Below, one piece after another: positions 25,525 through 33,915 of a DNA stretch of 64,000 nucleotides. How positions within the stretch are numbered: the first letter of the stretch is position 1; each line of letters starts with the position of its first letter. This DNA comes from Oscillospiraceae bacterium. GTDB taxonomy: Bacteria; Bacillota; Clostridia; Oscillospirales; QAMX01. The notes below the pieces were generated by a model. It did not search any database. It had not been told where the DNA came from and saw nothing but the letters and a program-made list of their open reading frames with translations. Location of the stretch: positions 3,712-67,711 of the forward strand of contig SVKS01000001.1 of assembly GCA_015068345.1 (NCBI GenBank), written 5' to 3'. The position numbers were made by a program, and so were the translations under genes.

Positions 25525-26700
25525 ATGCAAAACTTTACCTTCTATTCCCCCACCTACTTCGTTTTCGGCAAGGATACCGAAAATCAAACCGGCGAATACG
25601 TCAAGCGTTTCGGCGGCACCAAGGTCCTGATCCATTACGGCGGCGGCAGCGTTATCCGTTCGGGACTTCTCGATCGGGTCAAGGCTTCCCTGGAAAAGGA
25701 AGGCATTGCCTACACCCTTTTGGGTGGCGTTCAGCCCAACCCCAGAAGCGGTTTGGTCTACCAGGGCATCGATCTTTGCCGGTCGGAGGGCGTGGACTTC
25801 ATTCTGGCGGTGGGCGGCGGCAGCACCATCGACTCCGCTAAGGCCATTGCCGCCGGCACTCTCTATGACGGGGACTTCTGGGACTTTTACAGCGGAACCC
25901 CCATTGAAAAGGCTCTTCCGGTGGCCACCATCCTGACCATTTCGGCCGCCGGCAGCGAAGGCAGTGCCGACTCGGTTATCACCAAGGAGGAGGGCATGTT
26001 CAAGCGGGGGGCCAGCGCCGAAGCCTTCCGTCCCAAATTCAGCATTCTTAACCCCGCCCTGACCCAAACTTTGCCCGCCTACCAGACCGCCTGCGGCATC
26101 ACCGATATCATGGCCCACCTGTATGAAAGATATCTCACCAACACCAAGGACGTGGAAGTTACCGACCGCCTGCTGGAAGCTCTGCTTCTTACTATGGTAC
26201 ACGAAGGGCCCAAGGCGGTTGCCGACCCGAATAACTACGAAGCCCGCGCCAATATCATGTGGGCCGGTATGATCGGCCATAACAACGCCTGCGGCGTTGG
26301 CCGGAGCCAGGACTGGAACAGCCACAACATCGAGCACGAGCTTTCCGCTCTCTACGACTGTGCCCACGGTGCAGGTCTTGCGGTGACCATGCCGGCGGTA
26401 TTTACCTACGTCATGAATCACGACGTCATGCGCTTTGCTCAGATCGCCACCCGGGTTTGGGGATGCCAAATGGATTTTGCTCATCCCGAAGAAACTGCCA
26501 AGGCGGGCATCGAAGCCCTTCGGAATTTCCTCATCTCCATTGGCATGCCCAAGAACTTTGCCGAACTGGGTGCCAAGGAAGAGGATATTGATAAGCTTGT
26601 GGAGGTCCTTTGCTACGGTGACGGCCGCACCGGTACCATTGACGGATTCGTCACCCTCAACGCCGACGATTGCCGCAAGATTTATCAGCTGATGGTGTAA
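25525..26700 (+). CDS. iron-containing (group III) alcohol dehydrogenase, YqhD/butanol-dehydrogenase-like
   Basis: GGGS.ID.AK motif (AVGGGSTIDSAKAIA) and metal His cluster (HNIEHELSALYDCAHGAG). Start at ATG 25525 after GGAGGAG. Confidence 0.85.
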   Translation: MQNFTFYSPTYFVFGKDTENQTGEYVKRFGGTKVLIHYGGGSVIRSGLLDRVKASLEKEGIAYTLLGGVQPNPRSGLVYQGIDLCRSEGVDFILAVGGGSTIDSAKAIAAGTLYDGDFWDFYSGTPIEKALPVATILTISAAGSEGSADSVITKEEGMFKRGASAEAFRPKFSILNPALTQTLPAYQTACGITDIMAHLYERYLTNTKDVEVTDRLLEALLLTMVHEGPKAVADPNNYEARANIMWAGMIGHNNACGVGRSQDWNSHNIEHELSALYDCAHGAGLAVTMPAVFTYVMNHDVMRFAQIATRVWGCQMDFAHPEETAKAGIEALRNFLISIGMPKNFAELGAKEEDIDKLVEVLCYGDGRTGTIDGFVTLNADDCRKIYQLMV

Positions 26701-26717
26701 GAACCAAAGGGGAGACC

Positions 26718-27506
26718 ATGGGAAACTATAAACTCTATCGGGTGGACCAGGCGAAAAAACGCCTGGTCATTGCCACTGATATTCATCACTGCCACATGGT
26801 GTGGCATGATACGGTATCCGACGACCGCATGAGCCGGCTTTGTGAGGTACTGAACCGGGAATATGAAAAGGCGCCTTATGACGGGGTTTTAGCCCTGGGG
26901 GACTATTCTCTGGACCATTGGGCCTGGAATGAGGGGGGCTCCTTTCTGTGGAATCCGCCGGTAAGTCATACCGACCTGTTCGTCAAGAAATACCTGCCCC
27001 AAATGCCGACGGCCTGGTATATGATTCCGGGCAACCATGAGCAGTACGGCCCGGAAACCTGGGAGAGGATCACCGGGCGCCCCCGGGAGTATGCGGTTTC
27101 CTATGGGAACTACCTGTTCCTGATGTTGGATACCTTTGGGGGAGATCTGGACCCCGACCACAACCATGACGGGTGCTACACCGGTCTGAACGTGGCGTTT
27201 ATCCGGGAGGCTATGGAGGAGCATCCGGATAAGCGGGTGATTCTCTGTGCCCACGATTTGATCATCAACCGGGAAAGCGAAGAGGCCAGGGAGCTGATTG
27301 CCGAAAATCCCCGGATCCTTTGTGCCTTCACCGGCCACACCCACCGGGATAATACCCTTCTTCTGCCGTCCTCCTGGCGAAATCTGCCGGTTTTCTATTC
27401 GGGGGATTTCTCCTACAACGGAGGACGCGGCGGCCAGCGAAACTGGGGATACCGGATCCTGGATCTATCGGGGGATGGCATTTCCACCGAATACGTAAGG
27501 GTGTGA
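26718..27506 (+). CDS. calcineurin-like metallophosphoesterase
   Basis: Motifs DIHH, GDY, GNHE, CAHD, GHTH in canonical order. Confidence 0.8.
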   Translation: MGNYKLYRVDQAKKRLVIATDIHHCHMVWHDTVSDDRMSRLCEVLNREYEKAPYDGVLALGDYSLDHWAWNEGGSFLWNPPVSHTDLFVKKYLPQMPTAWYMIPGNHEQYGPETWERITGRPREYAVSYGNYLFLMLDTFGGDLDPDHNHDGCYTGLNVAFIREAMEEHPDKRVILCAHDLIINRESEEARELIAENPRILCAFTGHTHRDNTLLLPSSWRNLPVFYSGDFSYNGGRGGQRNWGYRILDLSGDGISTEYVRV

Positions 27507-27519
27507 GGGAGAGAGCAAT

Positions 27520-28140
27520 ATGAGCCAATTTACCTATGAATACGCCGATCGAAGCGAAAAACTGGAAACCTACGAGTGGGACAACGTCTGGTGGGAACAC
27601 GCCAGAACCACCGGGGTTCCCCGGGTACTCTACATTGGGGACTCCATTTCCTGTGGCACCCGGCCCCAGGCCAATCGCCTTGCGGAAGGAAAGCTGTTTT
27701 TTGACGGGTTTGGAACCTCCAAGGCGGTGGACAATCCCTTCTTTGGGGAGTCCCTGAAGCTGTTTGCCGCCCAGGAAGGGGAGCGAAGTGTGATCCTGTT
27801 CAACAACGGACTCCACGGGTTCCACCTTTCGGATGAGGGGGAATATGCCGCCTGCTATGAAGAAATGGTGGTATTTCTGCGGAAGGAGTTTCCGGAAACT
27901 CCGATTTTTCTGCTTCTTTCTACCCATGTGAAGGATCCTATCCGGGATCAGCGTGTGATAGCCCGGAACAAGGCGGTAACCGCTATTGGAGAGAAATACG
28001 CTCTGCCGGTGGTGGATCTTTATTCTCTCACCAAAGAGAATGCCCATCTGTTGGCCCCCGATGGGGTCCATTGGATCGAGGAAGGCTACATTAAGATTGC
28101 CCGTGAACTGCTTGACCGGGTGAAGGAAGCCATCCGGTAA
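27520..28140 (+). CDS. SGNH/GDSL-family hydrolase
   Basis: Block I VLYIGDSIS, block III FNNGLHG, block V DGVHW. Confidence 0.75.
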   Translation: MSQFTYEYADRSEKLETYEWDNVWWEHARTTGVPRVLYIGDSISCGTRPQANRLAEGKLFFDGFGTSKAVDNPFFGESLKLFAAQEGERSVILFNNGLHGFHLSDEGEYAACYEEMVVFLRKEFPETPIFLLLSTHVKDPIRDQRVIARNKAVTAIGEKYALPVVDLYSLTKENAHLLAPDGVHWIEEGYIKIARELLDRVKEAIR

Positions 28141-28155
28141 AAAACCGAATCAAAC

Positions 28156-28189
28156 AAAAAGGAACACCTGATTGAGGTGTTCCTTTTTT
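28156..28189. terminator. bidirectional rho-independent terminator
   Basis: AAGGAACACC-TGATTGA-GGTGTTCCTT with flanking A-run and T-run, between convergent genes. Confidence 0.8.
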
Positions 28190-28207
28190 GCAGATAAAGG
28201 GAAGGGT

Positions 28208-29302
28208 TTATCCGGGATAGCTATGATGAAGGTACTTGGCGTCCCAAATTGCTTCTTTTCCGGGAAGAGGCTTCCGATAGAAAAGATCGTCTGCGATCTC
28301 CTGAATGGTGTCTCGCAGCTCCAGATGATCCAGAAACTTCTTCGGAATGGCTTCCAATCCAAGACGGGCGCCCAGAATATTTCCGGTGACCGCCCCGGTG
28401 GAATCACTGTCGCCCCCATGGTTGACGGCGGCAATTATAGCGGCTTCAAAATCGGTTTCGTACCGGAGGGCGCAATAGATGGCAATGGCAAGGGTTTCCT
28501 CCGCAACCCAGCCTTCCCCTAGCATGTGGATGCCATCCAACGAATCCATGAAAGGTAACGAGGCGTAGGAAATGGATAAATCCACCAGCTTCATGAGTGC
28601 CTGCATGGCAATGGTATTGGGGAAGAAGGACAGAATGGCCGTTTTGGCATCCTCCACAGCTTCCAGTACGGTGGTGTCATGATGAACCAACCGATGGATG
28701 ATCTGCGCCAGCATGGCGGCGGGCAGGTAACCAAGCTCGTGTCCATGGGTCAAGGCGGCGGCTTCGCCTCCAAGCCAGGTGATTTCTTCCGGGGGAGTAA
28801 CGTCGTCATCAAAGTACAGGCCAATGGGTGCTACCCGCATGACGCCGCCGCAACCCTTGCTTTCGTTCAGGGGAACATCCATGGACCCCAAAACAGGGTT
28901 GAAAAGGGCAGATATGCAGGTGTTTCCCGGTGCACGGGGGTGATTCAGGGCGGGGATATTGTTCAACCAGGCGGCTGTCTGAGGAAGGACCCCAAAATCC
29001 TCGAAGGTTTGGGTTTTCAGCCAATCCCGGTAGCAGATACCAATATATTGGGGATAGACATTAAGGTTTGTCAGCGATTCCCCATTGGCGGCGGCCAAAA
29101 GGAGTCCGTTTGCAGTAAACAGGGTCATTTGGGTGTCGTCCGAAATCAAAGCGCCCCCATTTTCGATGGCATATTCGGTGATGCCCTTCTTCCCGTAGTG
29201 AGAGAAAATTTCCTCTTCGAGCCAAAACTCAACCGGATAGCCCAAAGCGTCCCCAACGGCACCACCGATCAGGCATCCCCGGTAACGATTGATGTCTTTC
29301 AT
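28208..29302 (-). CDS. ADP-ribosylglycohydrolase (ARH/DraG) family protein
   Basis: N-terminal GCLIGGAVGDALGYPVEF, SDDTQMT, and C-terminal GGDSDSTGA.TG metal-binding motifs. Start at ATG 29302 (GAGGAA RBS). Confidence 0.85.
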   Translation of the reverse strand: MKDINRYRGCLIGGAVGDALGYPVEFWLEEEIFSHYGKKGITEYAIENGGALISDDTQMTLFTANGLLLAAANGESLTNLNVYPQYIGICYRDWLKTQTFEDFGVLPQTAAWLNNIPALNHPRAPGNTCISALFNPVLGSMDVPLNESKGCGGVMRVAPIGLYFDDDVTPPEEITWLGGEAAALTHGHELGYLPAAMLAQIIHRLVHHDTTVLEAVEDAKTAILSFFPNTIAMQALMKLVDLSISYASLPFMDSLDGIHMLGEGWVAEETLAIAIYCALRYETDFEAAIIAAVNHGGDSDSTGAVTGNILGARLGLEAIPKKFLDHLELRDTIQEIADDLFYRKPLPGKEAIWDAKYLHHSYPG

Positions 29303-29318
29303 AGATTCCTCGTTTGTG

Positions 29319-30107
29319 TCAGTTGGTGTAGGAATAGACCTCACCGCATTCGATGTAGGAAACCTGGATTGCGGGAAGCTCTTCCTTGAGTAGCTCCGCC
29401 ACAAGTTTCATGCCGTCCCGCTCCGAACCAATGTGGCCAAGTACCATCAGGGTTTTGTTGAAGCCCATCTGGCTGGCATCTCTGGCGTATTCACCGAGCT
29501 GCCACTCGCAGGCTTCCCCGGTCAGAAGGATCTCGCAATCCTCCGAGCGCAGTTCGTCAAATACGCCGCCGGGGGTACCGCACATCAGCGAAAGCTTTGT
29601 GGCGGGAAGGTCACGGCTGCCGCTGATTTTGATATGGCGAATACCAAGCCGATTCTCCAGGTGTGCTGCTAATTCGACGGCAGTCATGGGGGTATGGAGG
29701 GTGATTTTCACCAGATCCCGGAAATCAGGAAACTCCATATCGGCGTCCAGATCCATGGCTTTTGCAACCCCGGCACAGATCAGGTCAGGGGTGGCGTTGT
29801 GGGGGAAATCGTGGTAGCGATAGAGGGTGATGCCGGTTTCTTTCAGCAGGGTTTCCTTGGCGGTGGTAACCGGGTCATTTTCCAGGTGCCGGTCAAAATG
29901 GTCGTAAAAGGTGGGCTCGTGAACAACGAGCAGGTTGCAACCCAGCTTGTGGGCTTCCCGGATAACCTCCGGGGTGGCGAACATACTCACTGCCACGTGG
30001 GTGACTTCGGTGTTAGGGTCACCGGCTTTCAGGGTATCCACCGTGTTTTCACCGGGGGTCCGGGCCGCCTTGGCGAAGAGGTGGTTCATAATTTCGTATG
30101 CTTTCAT
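29319..30107 (-). CDS. Nif3-like dinuclear metal centre protein (GTP cyclohydrolase 1 type 2 homologue)
   Basis: LLVVHEPTFY..., ...GHIGSER... and an overall length of 262 aa are consistent with the Nif3/YqfO family. Confidence 0.7.
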   Translation of the reverse strand: MKAYEIMNHLFAKAARTPGENTVDTLKAGDPNTEVTHVAVSMFATPEVIREAHKLGCNLLVVHEPTFYDHFDRHLENDPVTTAKETLLKETGITLYRYHDFPHNATPDLICAGVAKAMDLDADMEFPDFRDLVKITLHTPMTAVELAAHLENRLGIRHIKISGSRDLPATKLSLMCGTPGGVFDELRSEDCEILLTGEACEWQLGEYARDASQMGFNKTLMVLGHIGSERDGMKLVAELLKEELPAIQVSYIECGEVYSYTN

Positions 30108-30123
30108 GTGTCTCCTTTTTGCG

Positions 30124-31683
30124 TTACCAGGTAAATGTGATGGGCTCTCCGTTCAGGAGGTACTTGGTTGGGGTAACCGATTCCATCCAATCCAGGGGAA
30201 TCAATTCGTCTGCCTGTCGGGAACCGGCCAGAAAGCCTTCCCGCAGGTCGGCAAGCTCGCTTTCCTTCAAAATACCTGGCTTGCAGGAAACGAACAGGCA
30301 GGAACCGCTTCGGGACAAAATCTTCAACCATTGAGCGTTCTTTTCCCAGGGAATCTGTCCGGTGATGCCCACGCAGTCAGCGTCCGCCCCGAAGAAGGCG
30401 TTGTTTTGCACCAGCCGGAAGGCCAGTGTATTGACCCCCATTTTCCGGGTACGGTCCCATTCCTTGCCGCTGGTGTCGTCTCCGGTGCGGTTAAAGTGAT
30501 GAATCCCGGCGCAAAGGTGACCAATGGCGTTACAACCAATGATGATGGTGTCCCCGGCGGCATCCCGGATGGTTTGGTAAAAGTCCTTGATGATCTGGGC
30601 GGTGGTGCGGGTGCGGTCGAAAAAGCCCCAATTCCCCTCCGCCGGGAAATCACCGAACTCAAAGCCCCACCTGCCGAAGATATCAAAGGTGGAATAGTCG
30701 TGTTTAATCAGGGTGTAACCCCACCCCACCAGGCGGCGGGTGGTTTCGGCCACGTACTCCAATACTCCGGGGTGGGAGGGATCCAGAACGAATTCGGAAC
30801 GCTGGGTGTACCACTCCTCCGGGAAGGTGTGGATGCGCCGCGCTCCTTCAAACCCGTTGATCAGGTAGCGTACCCAAATGCCGGGACGGACCCCAATCTC
30901 CCGCATTTCCTTCGCCAGGCGCTTCATATCGGGGAAGTTGGGCTTAGTCTGATCCCAGGGGGCATCCACGTTGTTTATCTGCCATCCGTCGTCAATGACC
31001 ATATAAGGGATGTTTTCGGCATCCCGGCACATTTCCTTGACAAAACGGCTGTCGGCCAGGATTTCTTCATGGGAGCTGACGCCGTAAGCGTAGTACCAGT
31101 TGTTGGAGCCGTAGACCACGTGATCGGCCAGCAGGGGAGTGGGAGACATCACCTGGCAGAAATCCTTCAGGGCGGAAAAGGCACTGCAGGCGGGGTATTC
31201 CTTCATATATACCGTGGCACAATCCAGGACCCGGTCCCCAAGCAGGGTGGGTTGGCACCCGTTACGAAGGTCCAGGATCAGGGTAACCCCATCCCCATCG
31301 CACTTCCACAGGGCCAGGGCGTTGGGCAGAACACCCACTCCGAAGCATTCGGTCAGTCGGTGGGAGGTGTCGGGGTCCCGATCGGATCCGTTGGAAATGG
31401 CCATGTACCAGGGCATTCCCCGGGTGGAATCCATGGGAAGCCACTGGAGGTCACCGTAGCCCCGCTCCCAGGCATCCCCCAAAACCTTCACGTCGGGACG
31501 CATGGGAATATTCCAACGCAGGGTAAGGAAAGAAACACCGGATTTTTCGCTTTTTAACCGGACGGTAAGTCCATCGGTTAACTCATAGGAGACATAACCG
31601 CCATCAAAGTTCAGATTCCCCGTCAGGCGGAGGTCCCCATCCGCCAGGGTCAGGGTGGTAATATCGGGATATCGAAGCTTCAT
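30124..31683 (-). CDS. glycoside hydrolase, clan GH-D (GH36/GH27-like alpha-galactosidase family)
   Basis: VIDDGWQ, LIKHDY (KxD nucleophile-type motif), NRTGDD. AAAGGAGG RBS. Confidence 0.6.
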   Translation of the reverse strand: MKLRYPDITTLTLADGDLRLTGNLNFDGGYVSYELTDGLTVRLKSEKSGVSFLTLRWNIPMRPDVKVLGDAWERGYGDLQWLPMDSTRGMPWYMAISNGSDRDPDTSHRLTECFGVGVLPNALALWKCDGDGVTLILDLRNGCQPTLLGDRVLDCATVYMKEYPACSAFSALKDFCQVMSPTPLLADHVVYGSNNWYYAYGVSSHEEILADSRFVKEMCRDAENIPYMVIDDGWQINNVDAPWDQTKPNFPDMKRLAKEMREIGVRPGIWVRYLINGFEGARRIHTFPEEWYTQRSEFVLDPSHPGVLEYVAETTRRLVGWGYTLIKHDYSTFDIFGRWGFEFGDFPAEGNWGFFDRTRTTAQIIKDFYQTIRDAAGDTIIIGCNAIGHLCAGIHHFNRTGDDTSGKEWDRTRKMGVNTLAFRLVQNNAFFGADADCVGITGQIPWEKNAQWLKILSRSGSCLFVSCKPGILKESELADLREGFLAGSRQADELIPLDWMESVTPTKYLLNGEPITFTW

Positions 31684-31718
31684 AAATATCCTCCTTTTGC
31701 AAAAAGTGGTTTTCTTCT

Positions 31719-31747
31719 ATTGTACCTCCAAGGGGGATGTATGTCAA
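31719..31747 (-). promoter_or_regulatory. sigma-A-type promoter of the GH-D-like/Nif3/ARH operon
   Basis: Minus strand: TTGACA (31747-42), 17 nt, TACAAT (31724-19). Confidence 0.6.
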
Positions 31748-31756
31748 AGGTTTTTG

Positions 31757-31791
31757 AAAAGAAAAAAGCACCTGCATTTCTGTAAGTGCTT
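31757..31791 (-). terminator. probable rho-independent terminator after the nucleotidyltransferase gene
   Basis: Minus strand: AAGCAC-N14-GTGCTT followed by TTTTCTTTTC. Confidence 0.45.
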
Positions 31792-31887
31792 TATGAAATC
31801 AGAGGCCAATTCTGATACGAAATGCACACCACACGGACGTTTCGTTTAAAGGTGTGGGGAATCGTTAAAAAGTGCACACGGAGATTT

Positions 31888-32553
31888 TTATAAGGATTTT
31901 AATGTATCCTGGCACCAGGTGAAAAGGAGCTCAAAGCTTTCTGAAAAATCATGTGAAATGCCGTTATTCAGTTCCATGGCGCGTTCTAAGATAGCATGAT
32001 TTTTACCGTCTAACAACGGCAGCAATTCAGCTTTCGTCGCAATATATTCACTGTGCTTTAGATAATATAGATTCTGGAGAATAAAAAACACGCTTTTATA
32101 AGTACCGGGCAATTTTGTAATGCTTTTGCTAGGCTCAGCATGAATATATCTGTGGCAAATCTCGTGGTACAGATTATTGAGGCTCAATTTAATGAAATTA
32201 CGGATATCATATTCCGTATACGCAGGAACAAGCTCACGCAATACGCCGTAATAATCTTTTGTGCCATTCACCAGATGCCATATTTCGAGAGGATTCCAGT
32301 TTGCAAGGTCTGCCTTACTGCATATAAAACCACACGATTTTTCAGATTGTTCCAAAGACTGAATTATAGTACGGTAATGATCCATATCGGATATATTAAG
32401 TTCGTCAATAACAACCATAACATCGATATCGCTGTTATCTGTTGCTTCCCCACGCAGATAGCTGCCTTGCAGCCCGACATATAAGAGTCTGGAGCCATAT
32501 TGATACTGAAGAAAATCAATTAATTTTGAAATATAGTTTTCAATGTTGATCAT
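31888..32553 (-). CDS. nucleotidyltransferase-domain protein with a helical C-terminal domain (AadA/KNTase-like architecture)
   Basis: Pol-beta NTase signature GLQGSYLRGEATDNSDIDVMVVID (G-S...D-x-D), followed by a helical domain of about 140 aa. Composition is AT-rich. Start at ATG 32553 (AGGAGA RBS). An aminoglycoside/lincosamide-modifying function is only a possibility. Confidence 0.7.
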   Translation of the reverse strand: MINIENYISKLIDFLQYQYGSRLLYVGLQGSYLRGEATDNSDIDVMVVIDELNISDMDHYRTIIQSLEQSEKSCGFICSKADLANWNPLEIWHLVNGTKDYYGVLRELVPAYTEYDIRNFIKLSLNNLYHEICHRYIHAEPSKSITKLPGTYKSVFFILQNLYYLKHSEYIATKAELLPLLDGKNHAILERAMELNNGISHDFSESFELLFTWCQDTLKSL

Positions 32554-32577
32554 AAAAAAATTTCTCCTGCTTTGTAT

Positions 32578-32632
32578 ATAAAAAACTGAACACCAATCAT
32601 GATACACAATGTATCAAAACTGGTGTCCAGTT
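32578..32632 (-). terminator. compound hairpin + T-run immediately after tRNA-Gln
   Basis: Minus strand: AACTGGACACCA...TGGTGTTCAGTT (12-bp stem, one G.U) encloses GATACA-TTG-TGTATC and is followed by TTTTTTAT. The RBS of the NTase gene begins about 10 nt later. Confidence 0.55.
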
Positions 32633-32633
32633 A

Positions 32634-32707
32634 TGGCTGCCGAAGAAGGATTTGAACCCTCACAAACAGATCCAGAGTCTGTCGTGCTACCCTTACACAA
32701 TTCGGCA
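32634..32707 (-). tRNA. tRNA-Gln (anticodon CUG)
   Basis: Hand-folded cloverleaf, 74 nt with an encoded CCA. Acceptor stem UGCCGAA/UUCGGCA (U1:A72), discriminator G73, D-arm GUGU-AAGGGUA-GCAC. Anticodon arm ACAGA-CUCUGGA-UCUGU (anticodon CUG). T-arm GAGGG-UUCAAAU-CCUUC. Confidence 0.85.
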
Positions 32708-32737
32708 ATATCGTCTCTTCTCAAAGACAACATCAAT

Positions 32738-32765
32738 ATTATACCACGAAAATTTCATTTGTCAA
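32738..32765 (-). promoter_or_regulatory. near-consensus sigma-A promoter for tRNA-Gln
   Basis: Minus strand: TTGACA (32765-60), 16 nt, TGgTATAAT (-10 at 32743-38). Confidence 0.7.
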
Positions 32766-32806
32766 TAGGGAAGTTTCAAAAAAACGGGAAAATTTCGCCG
32801 GAAAAA

Positions 32807-32821
32807 TGTGACTTCATCACA
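32807..32821. promoter_or_regulatory. inverted repeat TGTGA-N5-TCACA upstream of trxA (candidate Crp/Fnr-like operator)
   Basis: TGTGACTTCATCACA. Its centre (32814) lies about 41 nt upstream of the TSS predicted from TATACT (32843-48). No good -35 hexamer is present. Confidence 0.3.
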
Positions 32822-32880
32822 GAAAGAAATCGTAAGATCGGGTATACTATACTCACAAACCAAGAAAGGAAGTTACAACG

Positions 32881-33189
32881 ATGTCAGTTTTGAAGGTAAA
32901 TAAAGAAAATTTTGAAGAAGTAAAGGCCGGTGAAAAGAAGGTTCTCCTGGACTTCTACGCCGATTGGTGCGGCCCCTGCCGTATGGTAGGCCCCATCGTG
33001 GAACAGATCGCCGAAGAACACCCCGAATACGTGGTGGGCAAGGTCAACGTGGACGACGAACCCGAACTGGCCGCCGCATTCGGCGTCACCAGCATCCCCA
33101 TGCTGGCGGTGCTGGAAAAGGGTGAAGTGGTCAACCAGGCTGTGGGAGCCCGTCCCAAGGCCCAGATCCTTGCCATGCTGGAAGGCTGA
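32881..33189 (+). CDS. trxA: thioredoxin
   Basis: WCGPC active site, 102 aa, canonical length. Confidence 0.93.
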   Translation: MSVLKVNKENFEEVKAGEKKVLLDFYADWCGPCRMVGPIVEQIAEEHPEYVVGKVNVDDEPELAAAFGVTSIPMLAVLEKGEVVNQAVGARPKAQILAMLEG

Positions 33190-33202
33190 GAAAGAGAATG
33201 CC

Positions 33203-33228
33203 GAAAGCGCCCTCCGGGGCGCTTTCTT
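33203..33228 (+). terminator. GC-rich hairpin after trxA (weak or partial terminator)
   Basis: GAAAGCGCCC-TCCG-GGGCGCTTTC followed only by TT. Confidence 0.4.
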
Positions 33229-33245
33229 GATAGAAGGAGATCGTC

Positions 33246-33908
33246 GTGCAATACGCAATTTCGTTTTTGGAGGGAATTATCACCTTTATTTCCCCCTGCC
33301 TTCTTCCCATGCTGCCGGTCTACGTGTCCTACTTTGCCGGGGGCAAGGAGAGAGAACGGGGCAAAATCATCAAAAACGTCCTGGGTTTCATCCTGGGGTT
33401 TACCCTTGTTTTCGTGTCCATGGGTGCCCTGGCAGGAACTTTGGGTAGCTTCCTGAACCGCTACCGGACGATTGTGGACCTGGTTACCGGTCTGGTGGTG
33501 GTGTTTTTTGGGCTTCACTTCCTGGGAGTTTTTCGTGTGAACCTGTTCCGGGGATCAAACCGCCGGATGAAGGGGGAAAATCTGGGATTTTTCTCCGCTC
33601 TGCTTTTTGGTGTGGTCTTCTCCCTGGGATGGACGCCCTGTGTGGGAGCCTTCCTGGGGTCGGCCTTGATGTTGGCTTCCAAGCAGGGGCACGTGCTGGA
33701 GGGCACAATGATGCTCCTCTGCTACTCCCTGGGGCTTGGTATCCCTTTCTTTGTCAGCGCGATTTTGATTGACAAGCTCAAGGGAGCCTTTTCCTTTATC
33801 AAATCGCATTATCGGGTGATCAACCTGGTGTGCGGATTGCTTTTGATTCTGGTGGGCGCTTTGATGGCCACCGGGTTGTTTGGTAAATTCTTGACGCTAT
33901 TGGCCTGA
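33246..33908 (+). CDS. ccdA: cytochrome c-type biogenesis / thiol-disulfide electron-transfer membrane protein CcdA (DsbD family)
   Basis: 6 TM helices with conserved Cys in TM1 (FISPCLLPMLP) and TM4 (GWTPCVGAFLG). Confidence 0.85.
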   Translation: MQYAISFLEGIITFISPCLLPMLPVYVSYFAGGKERERGKIIKNVLGFILGFTLVFVSMGALAGTLGSFLNRYRTIVDLVTGLVVVFFGLHFLGVFRVNLFRGSNRRMKGENLGFFSALLFGVVFSLGWTPCVGAFLGSALMLASKQGHVLEGTMMLLCYSLGLGIPFFVSAILIDKLKGAFSFIKSHYRVINLVCGLLLILVGALMATGLFGKFLTLLA

Positions 33909-33915
33909 GGGAGGA

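Noticed and set aside
20517-26484. Long antisense ORFs 20517-22514 (665 aa), 22566-23900 (444 aa) and 24265-26484 (739 aa)
   Set aside because: Each lies opposite a gene with clear family motifs (GldG-like/ABC-2/ABC ATPase, dgoD, Fe-ADH). None has an RBS or recognisable domains, and the composition is Gly/Val-rich. They are shadow ORFs.
29935-31557. 540-aa plus-strand ORF opposite the GH-D-like and Nif3-like genes
   Set aside because: It is antisense to motif-bearing genes and has no RBS or recognisable domain.
32609-32893. 94-aa plus-strand ORF
   Set aside because: It overlaps the hand-folded tRNA-Gln on the opposite strand and the tRNA and trxA promoter regions.
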